Positions 42,701 to 54,700 of a DNA stretch of 64,000 nucleotides are shown here, piece after piece. Source of the DNA: Botryllus schlosseri (taxonomy: Eukaryota). The notes beneath the pieces were generated by a model. That model was not told the origin of the DNA and searched no databases. It worked only from the letters and a program-made list of their open reading frames with translations. The stretch lies in the NCBI GenBank assembly GCA_051294905.1, contig CM119379.1:5890001-5954000 (forward strand). The letters are read 5' to 3'. The first letter of the stretch is position 1; every line of letters begins with the position of its first letter. The translations under genes were made by a program, and so were the position numbers.

Positions 42701-45700
42701 TCGCGTGGAATAAGAAGTACATCTGGCTCGTCTGAGGCGGGACAGTCACTTGCTGCCTGTACCAGCTTGTGTCTGGCACGTCGCTGTTCGTACGTACCCA
42801 CAACGCTTGGCCACTCATAAGAGTGGGAGTCGGAGACATTCGAAGTGTCAAAGTATTGTCAGGCTAAAATACATTAAACCACATTACGGTCGGATATAGT
42901 CTCAATATGCACAAACTATAACTGGGGGTTGGAAAAATTCCAAATCGATCACAATGCATTGAGTCAAGATGAGTATTCTATTATCAACCAATGTGATGTC
43001 ATAAGGTATGTTTGATATGTAAATTTCACATATGTACTGTTTATGTGACCGCAAAGTAATGGATGCTAGTTTTCCACACACTACACGTATTTCATTGCAC
43101 TTTGCGGCAATGTTGCGGGTTGACTACCTCCAAGAAATGTTGTACAGCTTCATACTTATTCTTTGGATGCTGTGATAGGACCAATGAAGGGTAAAGAGAT
43201 AGTTAACACACGCTTGTTCTCTTTGATGCCCGCAACTACACCAATAAAAAAGAGGAAGATTGCTTCAGAACGAACCAAGGAAAATATATTAGAAGATGAA
43301 GTGGAAATATATTTCGCAGCAAGGCTGCTGCTTGAGAACTCGTAAGTATAACTGCAACATTAGGTTCATTGAAAACAGTATACAGCCATGCAGAAGAACT
43401 GTATAGTGATAAGCGAGTCAAGCTCGGTGTACAAATATTAGCTATTTCCATGCATATAAGAATGAACTGTATTTTGTTGTATTTGTTTCTCATTCGGAAT
43501 TTCATTGCCAACTTTTTGATAATTCAGTAATTTCAATTCTAATGTAATTTGGAATTAGCAGTGTAGTTATAATTCTAATGTAGTTAAGAAAAACTGAGTA
43601 GCTCTTATTCGAATCAAATTTAGAAGAGCTGAAAATTTTCTCGTTGTCCAGGTCTGGTTTCAAGACTTCCACGGTGTTAAAAGATTATAGTAACTGCTAT
43701 TCTCATAAAGAATGGATTCTACTTTCATGACCCGAAAAAAATTGTCTCACATTACTAGATCCGAACCCTTACAATCACTACTGAGTTCTTGAATTTGTAT
43801 ACCAATCGCTAACAATAAGCAATACCTTACCTTTCCGTACATACGGAACCAGAATGATACGCAGTGCTCCTCTCCAGTCACATCGACCAAAGGACTGTCA
43901 ATTTGCCCAGTAGCGCCATATAAATTTGACTCAGTGAAGATGTATAAATAGAATCCCAAATCTGCAAATGGCATTTTCAATCACAATAAAGCTTTCCGGC
44001 TTGCATTGAGACGGGAACAGAGGGGTCAAAGTAGTCAGCATTGCTACCCAGGTAGAAGTACAAGTAACCACTGAATTCCTACCTAATTACAAGTGCAAGA
44101 CATGTTAAAACTGCTTCGATTGGGAGAAAATTGAAGGTATGAAGAGCACTCACATAACAAATTTAACAAAGCGGATATGATCGAATGCCTCTTATCGACC
44201 AATGCAAAATGACTAAAGAGTGGTAGTAGGTAGTACCAACCATTGTAGGTAGTACCAACCATTGCAAATAGCTACCTGTGCCAGTTGTAACGTCTATTTT
44301 CGGCGCTGTGTTGTAGGTACCATCGTTAGCCCCCACACGAGTCCACGTGATTGCCCCGGGCTGGTTTACATCCCATTGGCATAAATCATTCTCAAAAGTA
44401 CAATCCATGGGTGACGAGTCTGAACCAAAATAGGATTTAAGAACGCTACTCAGCCAAAGTAAAGTCGGACATATCAAAAATGAAAAATTGTAGGATATAA
44501 AACAGGGGTTTCCTACCTCCTCACAACATGGCTCCCTATATTTTACAGCCTGATCAAAAATTGAGAAACGTTATTTTAGTAGAAAATGCCACATACAGTA
44601 AACATGATATTACATTGACATTCTGTTGTGTTTGCTATCACAATGTCATAATTGCTGGTTTGGTGGTGGAGAAAGAGAGACAAAGAGTCCTTATTTTCAT
44701 CCAACGGAAAAAAGATCAAACGGATGGCAACAATGATACAGAAAAAATACGCATGCACAGTATTCGGTATCAGATAGAAATGGTCACACAACCTTGGAGA
44801 TCAACTAGTCTGATCACACCCGCATCAAACAGGTACATTGCTTCTATGCAATTTGGCTAGAGCGAATGTTAGCTAAAAAACTACAGAAAAAGTAAATAGT
44901 AGCAAATTAACAGGGTTGCAACCAAGTCACAAGGCCCGAGACACAAGTCAATCTCGCTTTTATGGCTTTGACTCGAGTCAAGTCGAGTCATTTTCAATTC
45001 ACAACTGAGTCAAGTCCAAGTCCAATTCAGCGAACAGAGGGTTGAGGTCGAGTCATGGTATCATGACTCGAGTCCAAGTCCAAGTCATTGTGTTGACTGC
45101 TCAGTTTACAGTTAAAGTCCTGTTAAACACAATTTTCAAAACTCTGTTTGGTGATATAGAATGGTTCGCATTTATACTATACTCATTTCCATAACTTTTA
45201 ACGGTTTCTGGTTACATTTCAAGTACCAGTACCAATGGAGGAAATCCCATTAATGTGGTTACTTCACTATTCTTCGAAATTACAATGATATGTTGGTCTT
45301 GGCCGCCTGAGTCTCGAGTCATATGACTTGATAACTCGAGTCCAACTCGAGTGAATACACAGATTGAGAAAACGACTTAAGTCAAATCGAGTCATCAGAA
45401 AATTGTGACTCGAGTCATTACAACCCTGCAAATTAATGAAGCAGTATCCGGTTGAGGTAGAGCAAGAGTGTCAATATAATCAAGTAGGTGTTTTCTAAAA
45501 CGAATATACGACAGTTCACGGAAACGTCATAGTAATGCATTACATATAATTGGTCATGACTATTCAGTAGATCTCTGAGAAAAGAAAGTGAACTCCAGAT
45601 GTAGTATATTATTTCTTTTGTGGTAGCGGTACATATTTATATTTTCAAGGCCCTTACAAGTCTAGAATGAACAATATATATAAGGCCATAGCCCACTGGT

Positions 45701-48700
45701 GGAGAACTCCCAATATAAAATAATACAAACCTCCACCAGGCTGTGTTACGGGAGGTTGATTGGTGGGTGGTGGGCTCGGAGTAGGCTGTTCTGCCACAGG
45801 CGGCAGTACTGAGCATGATCCATCCGTAAAAGTAATGTCATCAATTGCTATGTCAGAGTATGACTGAACCCCTATTTCAGCTTCGAAAATGACCTGCAAA
45901 ATATTATTTATGATTTTCTGATTCGATTGTTACCAGTACAGACCGACTGATATTGGATTTTTCAGCCAACATTGATAAGATATGGCATCTGCCCTCTTCC
46001 TAACATGCTGTGATGTCACTAAAACTGCCAATCTTTTTGTAACTCTAATGGCCGATACAGATACCTCTTTCAAGGTGTTATATCGACTAAATATTATTGG
46101 CAAACCGATAATATACGATCTATCTCTAGATACTAGTGTTCGATTGCCCCTTACTCTGTATTCTCTGTCGTAACTTCTGACATGAACTCGGCCCATAGTC
46201 CAACCAATGCCTTGATCTCCAGTCAGCTCCCAAAGTAACAGTTCGGAAAAGCTATTCAAGGTCAGTGGTGGCTGAAAATTACAAGACAGGTAATATTCAG
46301 GTGAGTTTGTCAAGTTCAGAACGCTGTTCTGGTGCCAAACGCTGAAATTGCCTGGTTAAACACAACCAAAATAGCTGTATTGGTAGTGAACAGCAATATC
46401 AATGATACATTTAAAGTATAATATCTAATATTCAACTGGATGTTGATGACAATTAAATATCGCATATCTCTTCTTCAAACATTTCTCCATCGTAAAGCTC
46501 ACATAATAGGTACTAATGACAAGGGCTTGGCAAAAGCTATCACAATTACTAGGCATGATCCAATTTCCAGGTTCTAGTTGGAATTCATAGAAATTTCCTA
46601 GAAAATTTTGTTATTTCGCCTACTGACGCACCTGCTCCATATACACTCTCAGAGTTCCCATACCAGTTCCTTGCATGTGATAGTAGAAGCTCATACACCG
46701 ACCGGCATATGCGGTTTCTGAGAACCATTCCGACGGCAAACGTGCCTTGTCTCCCGGGTTTCTCGGTGACATTGAATCAATGTACATGAATCGACCTGGA
46801 AAAAGAGCATCATCACAGAAATTTCAATCATTTGCAAAATATCCGCAATGGTGCTAGCTGACAATCTAGCAAATGCAACAATACTACATTTTTATCTGGG
46901 AAAGGCATTACATGACTTTCAAAATTTCAAAGTAACAACATTTTCCAACCATCTGAAGTTGGCCACTATATTGTGGTATCTCATGGTAAACATGAAAATA
47001 GCATCACTTTCATTGGGCAATGAGTATTATTGTGAAAGGAAGGTAAATTTCTGAAGAATACCGACCTTGTGAATCGCCGCTCGTATGGTCAGCAGTCGGC
47101 CCGCTGTCCCCAGTCGTTGAGCTCTTGACAGAGCCCTGGTACCACTGCATAGAATCACGTAATGCCGTATTGTGCCAGGTGCAGTACTGTGAGAAATCAC
47201 AGTCCCCAGGAGAAGAGCACGGTTGCTCGACCATGAAAAAATCGTCGATAGCTATGTCTCCTGATTCTCCATCTCCCACAATTGCTTCAAACATGATCTA
47301 AGAGAGAGTTCAAGTATATCATATTTCTGAAAAGGGTATTTAGAAGTTCCGGTAGGTGACAAATGCAGATTATAAGACACTATTGGACTTCAATATTTAT
47401 TGGAATGGTATGTTCATATTGAAATCACTGTGTACCCTCTACGCAGTGCTGACACAGTCTCTGCACACAGAAAATCCAAGCTGCCACAAGAAAGACAGAC
47501 TGATGACTTTTTTTTATTTTTTAGTCGTTATGCACTGTTGTCCAAAGGACCGAGCAGAGAGTTGGTGAGTGTGCGCAGGAGTGGGAACATTAATTGGAAT
47601 ATTTTCGGCGGACATTCGTCAAGTGAGTCAGTGCATAGGCCGCAATAACATCAAAGACAGAAATATACAACATCCTTTTCCTACATCCTACAAGTATTCG
47701 TCAGCAACTAGTAAAGAATTTGAAAGAACATTTTATATCAACAATCATATCACCAAATATCAGCATGGAATTTACAATAATCTAGTAGAAGAGATCGCTC
47801 AGTACAAATATTGTCCAACCGCCTGTCCGTGGCAAGTTTCTAGTCGGTCCGCCATATATAATAGAGTTTTATATATCTCAATTCCAAAATGCAAGAAGTT
47901 TGACGGCTTTTCATTGATTAAAGAAATGAAACATTACATCTTAAATAGATTTGGAACATTTTAACTGTATGGTGTTGTGTTGGAAAATGCATGGTCTACT
48001 TTGGGCGCACGTCACAATGTGAAATTGTTGTGCCAAACTGTTGAAAAGATTCGGAAAAGTTACATGTGAAAGCGACAGACTGCCTTAAATTCTGACTGCG
48101 CAATCAAGCCTACTTGAAAGTATAATGGAGGTTATAGCAAACAGCAAAGTCACATTGCATTCAAAGGAAACCGAACAATCATGAACAACAAATCACAACC
48201 AACCGGACTTCGCGAGCTTAACACTATTTTCAACTGACACTCATCAGCCAAAAAAATTGAGTTTATTTAAATATGGATGTACTATTCAATTGGATATTGA
48301 AGTTCAGTACCTTCAAGAGTCTCTTTAGATAAATTATGTCTTTTTTGCAATTCCCAATTTTATGCATACCGAATGTAAAGGCCAAGCTATACAACATAAT
48401 TATCGTCACCTGATATCTCTTTCCAAGTGGATTGACTGGGAATTGGGCGGGTATCCACTCCGAGCTTTTCTGAGCGGACCTCGTCCATGCCGGGTTAGTA
48501 ACGGTACCGTCTTCGTCCTTTACATAAACATTCAACCTTCCCACAGTCGATCCGACCATGTGGTAGTGGAATCTGGCACACGCTTCACCGTCGTTAGTTG
48601 TGGGCGTGAAAAACGGGGATGAGAGCCTCGCTTTGTCGCCCGGCGTTTGACCCGTGGTTTCGATGTACATGTAGTAGCCTAAAATGAATTGCGGCACAAA

Positions 48701-51700
48701 TTGAAAAGCTAACAATTTGCGTTTGGCGATATCAGTACCTTACATTGGGATAGGAGAGTTTTGTACAATTACGTGAAGGTTTATTGGGCCTAACCATTTG
48801 TAGTTAAGATTCAATTTTCATTTTGAATACCATCCGAAAAGCTTCTGGTGCATTTGTACCATTTGGCATCCCGGAATTATAACGTCTATTGTACTATGTA
48901 CTAAAATACAGGCCTTCATAAGACATCGAAGTCATGGTTTTAATTGAGCGAAACAAAATAAAAGCACACAGAGGAACATTTCCAGTCTGAATTAAAATTT
49001 TGGATCTAAAATACTAAACAAATCACTAAAATGTTGCATTCCCCATTGAAGATACTATGGTTAGGCTAAGTACCATTGATGTTCCGCCTCAGTTCAGAGG
49101 CAATTGCATTTCGTGAAACACACTCTCACACACAGTTTGGCTGTGAAATGAAACGCTGGCAACATCCGTGGTTCATATCACAGTATCAACTGCAGATATC
49201 AACCCTTATCACATAATTATTGGTATCAAATTCATTGACAACGAAAACGTAATCGATGTTTTCATACCATATGTTGTTTGGTAGGTATTGTCCTTTGTTG
49301 GTCCGGTAGCAGTGTTGCCCAGAAGATTTTTGTACGATCTCGTCCAATCAAATTCGTCATCCGATTCTTGGGTAAACCCGCACATTGTGCTATCGTCAAA
49401 CTGGCATACTCTCCAATAAGGAAGCTCATCTAAAACGGATCGTTAATTTTTCCACTGTTACTAACATATCATAAACACAAACACCCACATACCAACGCAA
49501 TCAATAAGTAAACCACTGATAGCTCCACTCAAAGGTATCGCAACATCCGTAAAATTGCTACGTCCATAGCATTGTCCAGCAAAAGATGATACGGTATGCC
49601 TGAAAGAGACATACATCTTCACAATTCCACGCCAGCCATTTGGAAATGTGAAACATTTACGTTGTCATGTACAATGTCCACCACGTGCACCCATCTGCTT
49701 TCGAGCAGGCATCAGCGCAACGCACCACATCATCGCCGTACACGCCGAAATAGAAAGTATTTGGTCTGTCGTCGGTTTTCGGTGTTTGAATCAAACCATA
49801 CACAGTGTTCAGATTGATGGTCGTTGTCCAACATACTGAATCTGAATGGAGAAACAAACCTCATATACATTGACCATCAACAATCACAAAATTGTAATAC
49901 TATTGAAACTACTGAGCACTCTGATATATACGGTGACTGTGGATCATAGTGTACCTTAAGTCCACTCTAAATCAAGTTTTTGTATAATTTTCATTTTCTT
50001 TCGGCCATGTTTGAAACAATGTGACAGGCATAACCATATGCCTGAAAGTAAATGAAAATGATACAAAAACTTGACTTTGCCAAAATGTGAAAATGGACAT
50101 AAGCTACTCTGACACCACCGCGTCGATACATAATTTACATCAATAACAATATATGATAAAAACATGTAGAATCAGTGATTTTGAAGGTTTGCTCAGGTCT
50201 GAAAATTACTCAAGTAAGTAGTTTGACGAATATATTGGGAATAGGTATCACAGCCTACCATTAGTCAATAGCTGGTAGCAACCTTTAAAATAGCTACATG
50301 TATCTTCGCTACTAGCACAGAACTATTGATGGTGAACCCAGTAGATGTAGCCTATAAATTATATTCTGTTACTGCGTTGTAGGCATTACATCACCCCACT
50401 GTTTAGGACAATTTGCCTTGTCAAAGTGATTCTAAGCTACCTAAAGACTATTTCTTACTTGAAAAAAGTAAGTTGCTTGACTTTCAGAAATTGCACGGAT
50501 TTGGAAGAGCAGAAATGGAAGTAATATAAAAGTGTCAACCACTTGCAAGTCGACAGGCCTTACTAACGTAAAATTGTTTTTCTACTGACCACATCTGCAT
50601 ACATCCAACTTAGATGGTTTCTGGTTTATTAGCAAGATGATAACTAATGACAACAAGAATCATAATCTGTTTGCTTGTCTCGTAACCAGGCAGTTAAATT
50701 ACCACTTCTAAGCGTTATCATAAAGTTTTCAAACTCATTTCTTATTGTGTCATACGTGGTATACAAGCCAGTCAGTTTCAATTGCAAAAAGATACTCACA
50801 ATCGTCACAATTTCCAGGATGTAAATACACATCATCAATAGCAATCCCTGAATCGGTACCACGCAGGCTCAGCATTTCGAATTGAACTTGCTCGACATGT
50901 GAAGAGTGCACATCAGTGGGCAGGTTCACCCTAGCCTGAAATAACATAGATATCCATAATGAATAAATGCTTTTTTGTTTTAAAGTTTATTTTAACAAAT
51001 CATATAAGATTTTGAAAGTGACTGAGATGTAGTTCATCAGTCGCTACGTTTGATAAGTGATCCCAATACGAACTGGTAAATGACAAGCGGCTAAAACATA
51101 TTATTATTTAGTTACCAGTCACAGGAAGTTGATAGGCAGCATTGACAAGATTTGGCCATTGAAAAATAAAGAAATTTAATCCAAAATGAAGAATCGGCAA
51201 CAGGTAGATTATTTTTAGATGCATCAACGTAGAATACAGACTTTCCTCATATAAACTATAGCTGCTTGGAAAAGAAAAATATTTATGATTTGATTTTGAA
51301 ATTTCGAGAATCTCATTCAAAGTCAAAAAAATTGGTAGATTTTTCATTTGAAGTCTAGTGATTAAAGTGAATGAATGGATGTGTTTTTATGGACGTAATC
51401 ATTGTACACAATATCACATTATGCGCTCTACAAGTATATTAAAAAGATAAACATACCAAATATTTCATATTTTATTTATAATGACAGGCAACTTCACAAC
51501 TTCATCTAACAGTCTTCGTCTAACCTTATGCCAGTTAAGTCCCCGATCTCCAGCCCTGGTCCACGCCGTTGTTTTCTGACCATTTGAGACGTAATTCACC
51601 TTCAGATCATCGATATTAGCTCCGTGCATATTATATAAAAATTCCATGCATCTTTGCCCAAGACCAACGGTGGTGATAGTAGGACTGGTGACATAAGCCC

Positions 51701-54700
51701 TTCGGAATGTATCCTGCCCACTGGCAATTCCCCAAAGATATTTACCGGTACCTGATAAAAGAAAGTGTCAAAAAAATTGTTTTGTGCTGGTAATAGGGCT
51801 ATTTCTAAGCACCTGTTGTGTAATCACTGTCGGGACCATTGCTGGTCAGTACACCAGCAGGCTTAACCACCCAGTCAAAGTTGTCATCATACTGATTACT
51901 CCATCCGCATGTGCCTTGATCGTTGTCAAAATCGCACGTGAATCCAGGTATATCGGGAACTTGTGGGGCTAACGTGGTAGGGGGAATGGTGGGTCCACTG
52001 GGTGATGCTTCCATTGGCCAGATAGATCCGTGCGAGCAACTATGGCCGATTGTGACTGTGAAATCATCCAAGGCGATGTCACTAAAAGTGCCCCCAACTA
52101 TTCCTTCAATGATTATCTAAAAGCAATGACATACGTCAGAGGGATTGAGATTACGATTAAGCGCAAGTTGATTTCAGCAGGAACATAGAGAGCAAAATGA
52201 AACTTTAACTCAAATGAATCGTTTCTTGTGCTTTAATTCAAACCAGATTGATAAATAAGCATTAAATTTGATCAAAAAGTAAAAATGTATGTTCATCAGT
52301 CTTATTTTATATTTCGACGAATTTTAAGTCATGTTGTATTATTTCACACTAGTTGTATATAGAAAGACTGCAGTTTAATAACTGCTGTTTTCCATAGCGA
52401 ATCTCAATTAGGTCTTACGGATCCTTCGTTGAATAATTGCTATTGTGTGAGTCAAGAACAAATCTATATTGTCACCTCATATTTTTCGTCAGAAAAAATT
52501 GAAATCTGTCCTTCACTCCACTGATTTCCTTGATTACCACTGAGAGACCAAACCAGCTTGTAACTACCAGACTCCATTCGAACGTACACTTTCAGGCCGC
52601 CAGTTTCAGAGCCATACATGTGATAGTAGAAGCTGAAGCAATCTAGAAGAAGAAATATAGATTATGATGCATGGAGATTTTGCTACTAGGCAGTATTTTT
52701 ACTAATATATTTGGATTCAAAAGCATTCAAAGGCATTGGCCGCATTGGTCGCATTTGGATTGCCATCAAATTCAATTCATGCTGTTAGGGAACTGAATTT
52801 AGATTTTCACTTGAGTGTGATATGAAATGAATTCAACCTTGGATGACAACTTGGTTTTCAAACTGAGATCTGCAACAGGATATGGATTTGAAACAATAAA
52901 TCAGAACTCAGTGTACAGCTGTGAAAATTGTACTTCTGACATGGTGGTGTGCCACTAGGAAGCTTCCGGTCGGTATTTTTGCTTATTAAAGATTGACTAC
53001 GAGCTGGTACTTTGAAATAGTCTACATTCAGGATATACATATACAAAAAAGAAGAATTTTCTTCACACGTCACGCAGAAGACAATCTCTGCCTTAATAAT
53101 TACCTGCTGATGTTGCATCGTATTTCTCGCTGAACAAAAGGGCAAAGTATCCAACAACTGCCGGCGTAGATCCTTCTAGATACAAGTAATAGTTGCGATC
53201 GCCCGACTGTGTGTGATCTTGGCTCGGCCCTGTGTTAGATGATGGTGTAGCACCCTGTAATCGATTCAAACAGTTGTGCAATACTGTAAGCTTGGCAAGG
53301 ATTGGAAGAATTTTGAAAGAATTCTCCATACATACATAATAAAATATATACATATATACATCGATATGAAATAACTCAAGTACGCATAAATGATAGAAAT
53401 ATGAAGTGATATCACAAGTCCTGATTTGTAGAACATAGGTCCCTCATTTGAGATAGTGTTGTGATCGATGTTTCAAATAACTACACTATATTTTTTAAAA
53501 ATGAATGGGTCTCAGACACAATTTTTCAGATGAAAAGTTATTGTACACGATATTGGCAGTAAACTATGCACTTACGCTATTCAGCAACCAATCCATTTCA
53601 TCACCGGAAACTTGTCTCCAAGTACACAGTCCATAGTCAAACGAGCAAGATCCATCGATACTGCAAGCTCCGGCCCGGATTAAGACATCGTCAATGGCAA
53701 TTTCAAAGCCAGTACCACTCAGTCTGGTTGCCCGAAACACAAGTTGGAATCGGCCGCTAACCGTGAAAGTACCTCTTCCAGCAAGCCACACATCACCTAA
53801 CAGTAAATGTTTGGTGATAACCTAAATCTAAGCGTTACTTTCACTGGCATAAATATAAAATGTGGTGGAGTTGGGTAAGAATAATGTACAATTCGAAATT
53901 CGAGGTTTCGAATTAGAAGACGTCACCAATGCAAAATACCTACATACCTCCATATCAATGTCACACAAATAGTGATTAAAACATTCTTGAAAAGTGGAAT
54001 GGTTGATAGATGAGAAATAAAGGAATAATTGCTTAAAATATGGGAAAACAGTCAAAACTAAGAGGCTGGGGTTGATATCAGCTGCAGCAAAATCGATATG
54101 TAACAGAGCTTTAACCAGAAATATTTAGGGCTTCTACGATTCAGTTAGCGCATACACACACACAACACGCAAACACACACTAGACACCTAAAAAAATACA
54201 CACAAGAGTAGCACTGGCTTCAGTACAGCTGTAATATGATTGTTGACGTACCTTGATCTCCAGATTTTGACCAAATAACATTCCCAGAGCCGCTTGCTCC
54301 TTGTTCACGGTACAAAACTTCCAACAACGCATTATCAGTGCCGGTCATGTGGTAGAAAAATTCCACGCACACATTTGGATCAGTCACCGTATAATATTCG
54401 GAATATAAAACAGCGACATCACCCACTTGCTGGGTTGTGGAGCCAGGATAGAGGAAATAGTGACCTGCATGATAGAAATTTATTGGAGAAGCATGAGAAT
54501 TTCCAGCATTGAAAATATGACAGTATCGTCATGATGTCCCATTGTTCCAAATCCGGAATCAGATATTTTCACCTGACACGACTGGAATTGAAATGTTTCT
54601 CCTTATTATTAGAATTGAAACAGATTTCCATAGTAAGTTCTCATATGTTTTTCCCATGAGTACTTCCATTTCAGCTTAAACAGATGTCCAAGACATTTAC

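Noticed and set aside
44229-44263. Short tandem duplication GGTAGTACCAACCATTG near the exon 24 donor
   Set aside because: Ordinary slippage duplication; it does not alter the donor.
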